A stretch of DNA of 64,000 nt, from the NCBI GenBank assembly GCA_014905635.1, contig JABVCE010000011.1:124001-188000 (forward strand). The letters run 5' to 3'. Under the pieces are notes generated by a model. That model did not search any database and had not been told where the DNA came from. It saw only the letters and a list, made by a program, of their open reading frames with translations. Shown one piece after another: positions 27,246 to 38,368 of this stretch (position 1 is the first letter of the stretch; the number at the start of each line of letters is the position of its first letter). The position numbers and the translations under genes were made by a program. This DNA comes from Scenedesmus sp. PABB004 (taxonomy: Eukaryota).

Positions 27246-30200
27246 TCGCGGCTGCTGCTGGTGCTGCTGCCCCTGCGCCGCCGCCGCGCCGCCGCCCCGG
27301 CCGCCGCCCGCGCGCCGCGCCGGCGGCGGGCGCCGCCGCGGCGCCGCTGCTGCTGCTGCTGCTGGCGCCGCCGCCGCCGTTGGCGGCCGCGGCGGCGCTG
27401 CTGCTGCCCGCGCCGCTGGCGGCGCCGTTGGCCGCGCCGTCGCTGCGGCAGTTGGCCACCGTCAGCCGGTCGCGCTGCGGGTGGCGAGGGATCAGCGAGG
27501 GCATGTCGAGCACCAGCTGCCGCGAGTTGCCCCTGCGGTGCGGTGCGGCGCGGCGCGGCGCGGCGCGGCGCGGCGCGGCGTGTCAGCCGACGACGCGCGG
27601 CGGGGCGCGGCAGCGGCGGCGCGCACGCCGGCGGGGCGCCGGGCGCCGCGCGCCGCGGCCCCGCGCCGCGCCGCCGCACTTTTTGAACCGCGGCATTTTG
27701 CTGCTGTGCCGCGCCGACTGGTGGTCGCGCAGCTCCGCCTCTGTCGCAAATGCGACCATGCCGCTCTCCCCGCACTCGCCCTCTCGGCAGGGGTGGTGGC
27801 TCGACGCGTAGTGCGCTGCGAGGCCGGCCGAGTCCCTGCGGCGCGGCGGCGCGGCAGGGTGGCGCCGTGGGCGCGCGCGCGGCGCGGCGCGGGGGCGCAG
27901 CACACAGCACCGGCGCGGGGGTCGCGGGGGGCGCGGGGGCGCGGGGAGCAGCGCGCGGCGCGCACTTGAAGTAGAGGTGCGGCGTGCCGGCGGCCTGGCA
28001 GAGCGAGCAGTGGAAGTGGCTCTGCGCGGGGACGCAGCGCGGCGCCAGACGGGCGGCCGGGCGGGTGGCGTGGGCCGCGCGCGGCGCGGCGGCGGCGTGC
28101 GCGCGTGCGAAGCTCCTATTGAATCTTCAAACACAGCCAAATTCCTCTCTCGCGCAGCCCCCTCGCACCTGCGTCATGTGCGCCCAGAGCTCGTCCACGG
28201 CGTAAAACCAGGTGCCGCAGAACTGGCAGTGCTTGTGCGCCGCGTCGCGGTGCGCCGCGAGCTCGGCGGGGCCGTAGGTCTCCAGCTCGAGGGGGAACCT
28301 GGCGGGCGGTGGCGGTGGCGGGGCCGGGGAGGCGGGCGGCGGCGTGAAGAGGCGGCGGCGAGGGCGTGCGGCGCGCGGCGCGGCGCGCGCAGGCGCGGGC
28401 GCGCGCGCACTTGCGGCGCGCGTCGAGGCAGGTCGGGCAGAACGCGCGGCCGCGGTGGTCGTAGTGCAGATGGTCGGCGAGCTGCTGCAGGCTCAGCGGC
28501 GTGCGCGCGGCGGCGTCGCACTCGGGGCAGGCGGTCGCGGTGATCTGCAGCAGCCGCACGTGCAGCGGGACCTTGCGCCGCAGCGCGGGCGCCCACAGGT
28601 GGTCGGCCGGGCGCGCGAGGACGCCGGGCGCCCACTTGGGCTTGCTCCACAGCGAGCCGCGGTCGGCCAGCAGCGCCTCGAAGTTCGGCACCGCGCTGCC
28701 GCGGCGCGGCGTTGCGACGATGATCACCTGCGTGCAGGCGGCGGCGGCGGGCGGCGGCGGGCGGCGGCGGCGGCGGGCGGTCAACCGGGCGGCGAGCGCG
28801 CGCAGGCACGCGGGCGCGCGCCGCCGCGGCCGCGCGCCGCGCGCGCCTGCTTGGCCTCCGCCTTGCACAGCGGGCAGCGGCTGTCGCCGTAGAGGAGGCG
28901 CAGGCGCAGGCAGCAGAGCGCGCAGAGCTCGTGGTGGTCGCAGGGGCCCACCGCAATGGCCGCCGGGTGCTCGAGGCACACCACGCACTGCAGCTGCTCG
29001 TCCACCTCGGCCGCATCCCCCGCACCCGCCGCGCCCGCGGGCGCCGCCGCGCCGGCGGGCGCGTCGGCGCCCGCGGGCGCGTCCGCCTTGCGCTTGGCTG
29101 GCGCCGCCGCGCCGCCTGCGTCGCCGCCCCCGTGGCGCCGCCGCCGTCTGCTGCTGCTGCGCTGCCCTCTGCCGCTGCCGCTGCAGCTGCCCCGGTGTCT
29201 GCCCTGCTCTCCGGCTCTGCTGCTGCTGCTCCTGCTGCTGCTGCTCCTGCTTCTGCCGCTCTGCTCCCCGCCGCCGACCCACGGTCTGCGAGCCCTGCTG
29301 CGCCGCCCTCGGCAGCTGCTGCTGCCTGGCGAGCGGGCGCATCGGCCTCCACAGCTGCGCCAGCTGCTGCCTCGTCGCCCGCTGCCGCCGTTGACGGGGC
29401 AGCTGGTGCCAGCGGCGACTGCTGCTGCTGCTGCTGCGGCTGCTGCTCCGCCGGGCTGGCAGCTGGCGGCGCCGGCGGCGCGGCGCCCCCGCTCCCGCCA
29501 CGCCCAGCCGCGCCCTGCTGCGCGGCCGCGGGCGCGGGCGCCTCTGCGCCCAGCACCCTGCTGCCGGCATACGCGTAGCCGGGCGGGGCCACCCGCCCGC
29601 GGCCCCGGCCCCTGCCGCGCGCCGCACCGTCCGCTGCGGGCGCGCCCCAGCCGTCTGCCGCCGCGTCGGCAGGCGACGCGGGGCGGCCCGGCCGCGGCCC
29701 CGGGCCGCCAGCGCGCCGCCGGCTGCGCGGCGGGCGGCGGCGGCTGCGGGCCGCCGCCCCAGCCGTCGTCGGCCGACGCCGGCGGCGCCACAAACGGCGC
29801 CGCCGGCTCGCCGCGGCCGCTGACGATGATGCTGCGCCCGGCCATGCGGCCGCGGCGGCTGCCGCCCCGCGCGCCCGCGCCGTCGAGCGGCGGGGCCACA
29901 AAGCCGCCCGGCGCGCCGTAGCCGCCCGGCGCGCCGTAGCCGCCCGGCGCGCCGTACCCGCCCGGAGCGCCGTAGCCGCCCGGCGCGCCGTAGCCGCGCA
30001 CAAAGCCGCTGCCTGGGGCGTACTCGGGCGCCACAAATGGCGGGCCAGCCGCCGAGTGTGCGCCTGCGCCGCCGCGGCCGCGGCCCGTGGCGCTGCGCGC
30101 GGCGCCGCCGCGGCCGAGCGCCAGCGCCGCCTCGCCCGCGTCCGGCCGGCTGCGGCTGGGCGCCGGCACCAGCTCGCCCGCGGCCGGCGGCCAATGTGGC

Positions 30201-30905
30201 CGTCGTCGCGACCGGCCGTGTCGCGCCCGCTGCCGTGGCCGCTGCCCGCCGCGCCTGCGCTGCCCCCGGCGGCTGCCGCGCCCGCCGCGCCTGCGCTGCC
30301 CGCCGCGGCTGCAACGGTCGTCGTAGCTCCTGCGGCGGCCGCCGCCGCCCCGGCGGCATCGAGAACTGGCGGCTGATGTGTCCGATGACTTGGGACATCC
30401 CCCGCACCGGCAGCAGCCGCGCCGCGGCCGCCTCGGCGTGCTCCTTCGCTGAGCGCTCGCCGGCGGGCAGCGCGGGGTCGCGCTGCCGCGGCGCGGCGGC
30501 GCGGCGCGCCGCGCGCGGCGTCAGCGGCGCGCGCCCGTGCGCGGCGCGCTCGCCCTGCGCTGCCGCGTCGCCAGCGGCGTCGCTGGCGCCCGGCGCGGCG
30601 CGGCCGCGGCCGCGGCCGCGGCTCGCGGCGCGGCCGCCGCCGCGCCCGGCGCCCGCCGGCGCCCCGCCGCCCGCCGGCGCCCCGGCGGCGCCGCCGTCCG
30701 CCGCCGCGTGCGGCGGCTGCTGCGGGGCGCTGGCGCCGGCGGCGCTGCCACCCCCTGGGCCGTCCGAGCCGGCCCGGGAGGAGGCCCAGGGGCGCCGGCG
30801 CCGCCGCCGCGGCCCGCCGCAGCGCTGCCGCTGCTCGTGCCGCCGCCAGCTGCTGCTGCTGCTGCTGCTGCGGGCGCGGCGTCGGCCGGCGTCTTGGGAA
30901 CCCAT
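25010..30905 (-). CDS. ZNF598/Hel2-like RING + C2H2 E3 ligase with an NFX1-like C-terminus (CxCG, R3H, RRM-like); several 1-nt frameshifts in low-complexity exons
   Basis: RING CVVC..GPCDHHELCALCCLRLRLLYGDSRCPLCK (~28860-28990); zinc fingers HKHCQFCGTWFY..HMTQSHFHCSLC and HYASSHHPC..C..HQSARH; EAFPAL motif; KCPCGRR..LPCDAECERAARRAQIAGAF; R3H PMPKARRAAVHEY..WGLVSQSMGSEPQRYVQV. Both ends are approximate. Confidence 0.75.
26002..26036. repeat. (TG)n microsatellite in an intron
   Basis: Read directly from the sequence. Confidence 0.9.
29905..29997 (-). repeat. Coding 18-bp tandem repeat encoding (GYGAPG)x4-5
   Basis: Repeated gccgcccggcgcgccgta units; translation RGYGAPGGYGAPGGYGAPGGYGAPGGF. 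Confidence 0.85.
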
Positions 30906-31301
30906 TGCACCGCCGCCCCCCGTCCGACCATCGCGCCCACGCCGCCGGTGCTGCCCTCTGGATCGCGCGTGGGCGCGGCGAGCGCCGCGATGGCGCTGGA
31001 GCCGGACGCCGGCGGCCTGGAGCGCCGCGCGGGCTGCCGCGTCGGAGCGGCACTACACAGCCGGACGCCTGGGCGGGCGGTGGGGGCGGGGCGCGGCAGG
31101 ATTCTTCAGTTATCGCGGTTCATCACTCGGGACGCTGCGCCCTCGCCCGCCTGCGACCTTCGCTTACGGCCATCCGCGCCCTCCAGATGCACGCCGTCCG
31201 CCCGCTCGCAGCCGACGCGCCCGCGCTCAGCCCTGCCTGCCTCTCGCGCACCGCCGCCGCCGCCGCCGGAGCGCACGCCGCTCGGTCGCCGCCCGGGTGC
31301 C

Positions 31302-32563
31302 ATGGAGGGCCCGGGGCCCTCCAGCGCGCCGCAGCCAGCAGAGGCACCAGCGGCAGCCGCAGCAGCAGCAGTCGGCGGCGGCGGAAGCAGCAGCAGCGGC
31401 AGCAGCGGCAGCGGCAGCGCCGGGAGCAGCAGCGCCGCCGCGCCGGCGCCGCCGCCGGGGGCGGCGAGCAAGCTGGAGTACCTGGAGCAGAAGTACGGCG
31501 GCGCCGCGTCGCACGTGGCGCTGAGCCACGCCGAGGTCGGGGCGATGGTCGACAAGGCGCTCGCCGACAGCCCGACCGTGACCTACCTGCTGTCTGCGCT
31601 CAAGCAGGCAAGGGTCCAGGGTCGCCTTACCCTCGCGCCTGGCTGCTGGCTGGGCCGGGCCCGTCGCCGCTGCGCGCGGCACGCCGCGGCAGCGAGGCGG
31701 CACGCTGTGGGAGAGAGCGAGGGCCGCCGCCGCCGAGCGAGGGCTGACGCTGCCGCCGCCGCCGCCGCGGCCGCCGCCGCGCGAGCGCAGGGCGGGTGCG
31801 GCGTGGGCCGCCCCTTCTTCCACGTCACGCGCTGCGCCGACGACGTGGGCGGCGGCTTCTCGACAGACTACGGGGTGCGCCGCCCCTCCCCCGCGCCCTG
31901 TGCCCCACGCTCACCCGCGCCCCGCCTCCCTCGCCCTGCCTCCCTTGCCCTGCCCTCCCCCCGCCCCGCCTGCCCTCCTCAACCCTCTCCCTCTCCCGCT
32001 GAGCCCCGAGCCCGCGCGCGCCGCAGGTCATCCTGTGCGCCAACCGGCTGAACAGCTACGCCGAGGTGGAGCTCGCGCTCGCGCATGAGCTCATCCACGC
32101 GTACGACTTCTGCCGCGCGAGCAACATGGACCTCACCAACTGCAACCACCACGCATGCACCGAGGCGCGGCGCCGCGCGGCGGGGCGGGCGCGGCGCGGC
32201 ACGGGGCGGCCGGGCACGGGCGGCGCGCGGCGGCGGCGGCCGGGCCCTCTGCCGCGCGGAGCCCCGGTCCTGCCGCCTGGCGGGAGGCGAGCCGCAGCGC
32301 CGCGCTGCCCCGCGCCGCGCCGTGCGCCGCAGATCCGCGCGGCCAACCTGAGCGGCGACTGCAGCCTGCGGCAGGAGTTCCTGCGCGGCAACCTCAGCGA
32401 GGCGTTTGTGGGGCAGCACCGGCGCTGCGTGCGGCGGCGCGCGCTGCTGAGCGTGGGGCTGAACCCCTTTTGCCAGGGCGGCCGCGCCGAGGCGGCGGTC
32501 GCTGAGATGATGCCGCGCTGCCTCAAGGACACAGACCCCTTCCCCCGCGTGCCGGGGCTGTGA
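31302..32563 (+). CDS. ATP23: Mitochondrial inner membrane metalloprotease ATP23 (peptidase M76)
   Basis: Exons 31302-31607, 31791-31874, 32027-32164 and 32333-32563 give GGGF..VILCAN..LAHELIHAYD (HEXXH)..CNHHACTEIRAANLSGDC..CVRRRALLSV..CLKDTDPF. Confidence 0.95.
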
Positions 32564-32605
32564 CGCCCACGCGGGATGCGCGCAATGCGCGGCACTGCGC
32601 TCGGG

Positions 32606-32610
32606 TGTAA
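32606..32610 (+). terminator. TGTAA polyadenylation signal of ATP23
   Basis: TGTAA 43 nt after the stop codon. Confidence 0.6.
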
Positions 32611-33220
32611 GCCACTAGCAGTGGCTGCTGCTGCTGACGCCGCGGGGGTCGGAAGGCGGGAGGGGAGCGAGAGCGGCGGCGGCGGCCTCGGCGCGCGTCA
32701 CACGAGCGGCGGCGCCGTGGCGGCTCGGAGCCCGGGCACACCCGTTTAGGTCGGTCGGCACGCACACAGCACACACACGACGGCAGCCCGCAACTCGCCC
32801 CCGCGGGCGCGCGCGTGGCCGCGCCCGGGCGCACGCAGCCGCCGCTGGCAGCGGCAGCGTGCGGCCCCGCGCACGCAAGCACGCACCCCGCGCGCCGCGC
32901 TCCCCCGCACGATGCGTCAACGCACGGCCTCGAGGCGCGCCAACGTGTGGTGGGTTCACATGCCCGGTGCAGCCAGGCAGCAGCGCCGGTCCGTGGGGCG
33001 GCCCCAAATGCACATGCTCTGCGTGCGTTGCTCCAGCCCGACGCTCAGTCTCGCCCAGCGGCGGGCGGGCGCCGCAGCGGCGGCCGCGCGGGCGCGGCCG
33101 CAGCGCGGCGGCCCCCCTGCGCCGCCTCCAGTCTCCGCTCTCGCACAAAAAGCCTCGCGGCGCGGCGCGGCGGCGGCGGCGGCGGGCCGCCGTGCCTCCC
33201 GCCGGTCCGGCGCCAGCCGC

Positions 33221-33233
33221 TTACCACTGCGGC

Positions 33234-33283
<50 letters not shown>

Positions 33284-36200
33284 AGCGTGTGAGCAGTGGT
33301 GTGCAGCGCACGCAGCGCACGCAGCGTGCAGCGCGCGCAGCCGCGCGCGTGCGGCCACTCACGATGCCGATCGCGCGCCAGACGGTCATGCCGCAGCCCA
33401 CCCACACGGCGAGGTAGTAGATGGACAGGATGAAGCCCAGCTGCGCGCGCGGCGGGGCGGGGTCAGGGTGTTATTTTGGTTGTTATTTCGGGTGTTTTGG
33501 TTGTTATGATGTTGAAACAGCTCAAGATACGCTCAAGACGAGTGGGGCGGGTGGCGGGAGCGCGGCGGCGCCCTGGTCCAACGCAGCGCGGCGCAGCGCA
33601 GCGCGCGCGGGTGGCGCGGGCCGCCCCACCTTGAGCCAGTCGCCCTGCGCGACGTAGCCGGCGCCAAAGTAGGGCGGCGCGGAGCCGATGCCGTAGGTGG
33701 TGAGGCAGCCCATGAGGTTGGACACCTGGCGGAGGTTGAGGGTTTAGGGTTCAAGGGTGGCAGGGGGTCGAGAGGCGGCGGGGAGACGGCGTCAGAGGGA
33801 GGGGAGAGAGGGGGGCGCCAGGCCCGGGCGCCAGGGCGTGCGCGCAGGGCGCGCGGGGCGCGGGCGGCGCGCGGGCGGCGCGGCAGCGCGCAGGCAGCGC
33901 GCGGGCGGCGGGGGCAGACGCGCCTGGCCGAGCGCGAGCGCGGCGAGCATGCCGGGCGTGCCGCAGGCCTGCGCGACCGCGAGGAAGGCGGTGTACATGG
34001 CGCCGATGTGCGCCGCGCCTGAGAGGGCGGAGGGGGGGGGCGTGGGTGGGTGGGTGCGGGTGCGAAAGGGCGCGGCCCGGACGCGCGGCGCGCGGCGCGG
34101 GCCTCGGCGGGAGGACGGGCAGCTCTGCCCCTGCGGCCCTGCTTAAACCCTGGCCCGCCGCCGTCCCTAAACCCTGGGCGCCTCACCCGAGGCGAAGAAG
34201 TAGTGGGAGTAGAAGTAGAGCACCAGGATGATGCCAAAGGCGGGCTGCCAGGTCAGGCCGAGGCCGCTCACGATGTCGACGACGCTCGCGCTGAACCAGG
34301 GGATGAAGCCTGGCGGGCGTGACGGGTGGGTGGGTGGGTGTGTGAGGGTGGGTGGGTGGGTGGGTGGGTGGGTGTGGGGGGGGGGTCCAGAGGGCACGTG
34401 CCAGCGAGGGAGAGGGCGCGGGCGCAAGGTGCAGGCAGGCCGCCGCGCGCGCAGGCAAGACACGACCAGCCGGCGGCGGCTGCGTGCGTGCCCTACACCC
34501 AACCCGACCCGCGCACCAAACTTGTTGAGGTAGGCGGCCATGGCTATGAGTGCGGCAAACCAGGTGAGCGTGTCCCACGCGGCGTTGTTGTTCAGGCACT
34601 CCTTCCACGACACCACGCCTGCGGTTTTGGGGTGCGGGAGCGAGGTTTAGCGGCGAGAGGTTTAGTGGCGAGGGGGCCCTCCGCCAGGGCCGAATGAACG
34701 CGCAGCCCCCGGCGGCGGCGGCGGCGGCGCCGACGCCCGCAAACCACAAAGCCCCGCCCCGCCGCCAGGGCCAGAGCCGCGCCCGCCGGCTCCCCCGCCG
34801 CGCGCGGCGCGCCGCACCTGTGATGAGCAGGATTGCGAGGCCGACCGTCGCCGCGGCGACGCTGTTGACGCCGAGCCCCGCGCCGCCGATCCAGAGGCCC
34901 ACGGTGATGAGGAACGCGGCGGCGGTGATCTTCTCGTCGCGCGACATCGGGCCGAGCTTCTCGAGCTCCTTCTTGGCCGCCGCGGGCGCGTCGGGCGTGT
35001 CCTTGGTCTCTGCGGGGGGTTTGTGGTGGTGCGTGGTTGCGTGTGAGCGTGTGAGTGTGTGTGTGTGGGAGGGGGGGGGAGGCGGACGAGGGAGGGCGGC
35101 GAGCGCGGCGGCCGGCCGCTGCTGCAAAAACAAACGACGACGCCCCAAAACGTAACACGCAAAACAACGCAAAACAACGCCGCACCGGGCGGGTAGAGGG
35201 CGTAGAGGATGAGGGGCACGGTGGTGAGGCAGATGAGGCCGGGCACGAGGCCGGCCATGGCCCAGAGGCCCCAGGAGATGTTGATGCCCTCCGCGGCGGC
35301 GAGGTTGACGGCGAGCGGGTTGGCGGCCATGGCGGTGATGAACATGGCCGACGACACGGTCGTGGTCTGGCGGGAGGGTTTAGGGGGGCGGGCGTGGGGG
35401 CGGGGTTTAGGGGCGGGGTGCAGGGGGTGCGGTTCAGGGGTCGAGGGGATTGGAAGGGAGGGGGGGGGGGGGCACACGGCAGAGCAAAGGGCGCCCCTGC
35501 CGCGGCGGCGCGGCGGCCCCTCTCCCGCAGCGTCCGCCCGTGCGCGGCGCGCGGCCGGGCGCGCGCGCGGGGCTGGCACGTACGCGCGGGGGCAAGGCCC
35601 GGGACCATGCCAGCCCCGCGCGCGCGCCCGGCCGCGCCCGCGCGCGCACGGAGGAGCCCTCGGCTCACGCCAAGGCTTACAACCTACTACTAAAACCCTG
35701 CGCCCGCGTCTCAAGCCCCGCCCACCTGGAAGCAGGTCTTCATGACGTATGCGCCCATCTTGCGCGCGGTGCCCTTGTCGGGGTCGCTCCCGCACGCGAG
35801 GCACAGCGCCTGCGCGGCGGCGGCGGCGGGGGGGGGGGGGTCCGGCCGCGGCGGCGGCGGGGGGCTCGGCGCGCGTGCGCGCGCGTGGGCCGCAGCAGGT
35901 CGGCGCGGCGCGGCGCGGCGCGGCGGCGCGCGGGTTTTTGGGCCTAAACCCCAGGCCACCCCCCCCCCCCCCACCAACACCACCACACCACCACACCACT
36001 ACACCACACCCACCTTGGCGAGGGGGAAGAAGATGCCACCGGCGCGCGCCGCGACCGAGGGGATGGCCGGCGACAGCACCGCCTCGCCCATCACCTGAGA
36101 GCGGGGCAGGGGAGGGGGGGGGGGGTCGGCGCACGCGCGGGCGCGGGAGGTGCCGGGGCGCGCCGCCGCCGCGGCGAGGGGCGCGGCGCTGCGCAGGCGC

Positions 36201-37952
36201 TCGGCCGCCCACTTCCAAGGCCTCTGCAGCGCCGCGCCCCTCGCCGCGGCGCGGCGCGCGCTCCGCCCCGCCGCGCGCGGGGCGGCCCCCGCAGCGCGCA
36301 GCTCCCAACCTCCCCCCCCCTAAACAGCCCGCGCCCACGCCGCGCCGCCGCCGCCCCGCGGCGGCCGCGGCCGCGCCGCCGCGCCCGCCGCCCGCCGCCG
36401 CCCCGCGCCGCCGCCGCGCCCCGCGCGCGCACCAGCGAGTAGGTGAGGCCGAGCGTGGTCTTGCCAAAGGCCGCGACCATGGAGTAGGCGATGCGGTTGC
36501 CCAGGCCGCTCTTGATGAAGCCGCCGGCCAGCCAGTAGGCGATCGCAATCAGCCAGCTGGTTGGCGTTGATGATGATGCGGCAAGGCGGGGCGAGGTGGG
36601 GCGGGGCGGGGCGGCGGCGGGTGTGTCAGGCGGGTGGGCGGTGGGGAGTGGTGTGTGGTGGGGAGGGTGGGGGGAGCAGACGAGGCAGCGCGTGGGGGCG
36701 GCGGCGCGCTCACGGGATCTCGTTGGCAAAGGCGGAGAAGGCCTCAGCAAAGGTGAGCGTCTTGGTCAGCATGCTCACGCCCAGGCCGAGCACCGCGACC
36801 GCGCCGAGCGGCAGCGGCGTGGTGATGATGCCTGGCGGCGCGCGCGAGCGCGGCGTGGGCGCGGCGGCGCGGGCGCGGCGGCGCGGGCGGCGGGCGGGAG
36901 GGGCGCGGCGGGCAGCTGCTGGCGGCCGGCGGCGGCCGGCGGCGGCCGGCGGCGGCCGGCGCGTCCGCCGCTGCTGCCCGCGCTGCTGCCACGCCCACGC
37001 CCGCCGCCGCCGCCGCGCCGCGCCGCGCCCGCCCGCGCACCCGTGATGGTGGCCGCAAAGATGCTCAGCAGCGCCCTGCGGGGCGGCGGCGGCGTGCGGC
37101 GCGTGGGCGGCGCGTGGGCGCGGCGTGGGCGCGCCAGGGTGCGGCGCGCCGGGGCGCGCGGCGCGCGCCGCGCGCGCGCCGGCCCTCTCCCCAAGCGAGC
37201 GCGCCGCGGCCCCCTCCGCCGCGGCGGCACGCGGCGCGGCGCACCAGGCCTTGGGCGCGACGCCGGTGGGCGCGGGGCAGAGGTAGATGGCGACGCCGAC
37301 GCCGATGCAGATGGCCAGGTTCTTCATGTCGGCGCCCCACTTGAAGGGCTTGGCCGGCGCGGCGGCGCCGCTCGCGGCCGCGGCCACGGTCAGGCCCCGG
37401 CGCGGCGCCGGCGCGGGCAGGCGCGGCGCGGCGCGGCCGCCGAGCAGCGGCGACGCCGCCGCCGCGCCGGCGAGCGGCGACGCGCGGAGCGCGGCCTGCG
37501 GCAGCAGCGGCGGGGCAGCAGCGGCGCCGGCGTCGGGCGGCGCGCAGGGGGGCGCGCGTGCGCGCGCCGTGCCCAGGGCGCTGCGCCCTCCTCCGGATCT
37601 GGGCGCCCCAGGCGTGCCCGCGGCGCGGGCGCGCGGGTGCCAGCAGAGCGCGCGGGCAGCTTTGAACGCCCGGCGCGCGCGGCGCCCTGGCGCTCTGATC
37701 TGCCCGCTCGCGCGGACGCGGGGCGCTCTCCGTCCCCCGCGCTCGTGGCGCGCCCGCGGGAGCGAGATGGGGGCGCGCGCGCGCCGCGAGCAGGCGGGCG
37801 CCTCCCGCCCGGCCCCCCGCGCGCCCGCGCGGCGCCCGCGAGCTCACATTGGGCGCCCTGAAGGCGCGGCAGGGCAGGGCCGCGCGCAGCGGCGCGGCAG
37901 CCGCGCTGCGCGCGCTGATCGCCACGGCGGGCTGACGCGTGAGGAGCGCCAT
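33221..37952 (-). CDS. OMT1: Plastid 2-oxoglutarate/malate translocator (DASS family, OMT1/DiT1)
   Basis: Transit peptide MALLTRQPAVAISAR; KWGADMK; LSIFAATITGIITTPLPLGAV; GFIKSGLGNRIAY; LSPAIPSVAARAGGIFFPL; MFITAMAANPL; WDTLTWFAALIAMA; YFYSHYFFASGAAHIGAMY; YGIGSAPPYFGAGYV. The final exon encodes only W* (33226-33221). Confidence 0.95.
33235..33283. repeat. (GGC)n tract in the last OMT1 intron
   Basis: Read directly from the sequence. Confidence 0.9.
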
Positions 37953-38368
37953 GGTGGACGCGGGGGAGGACGGGCTGCCGGGGCGCGGCGCGGAGCTCGC
38001 GCGCGGCGCGATCGGGGGCGCGCGACGCCCAGCTGGCAGTCCACTGGTCGGCCGACGCGCACGCTCGCTTGCGACTCGGGGGCCGCTGAGAGCCACCGCC
38101 ACTGACGGCCCCTGGGCTGGCGGCTGCCGGCGGCGCCGCGCCGCCGCGCCGGCGCGGGCGTGCCGCCGGGCCGGCGGACGCACGGCGGGCCCCCACGCCG
38201 TCGGCGTCGGCGGTCCTGCGTTGCAAATGAAACGGCCCGTCGCGCCACGCGGCGCGCGGCTGGCTCCCCGCGCGCCCCGCTTTGCGATGTGCTGTGCGCG
38301 CCGCCCCCCAGCGCTCGCCCACCACCACGCCGGCGGCTCTCTTGAAAGAGCGCCACCTAGCACGCGCC

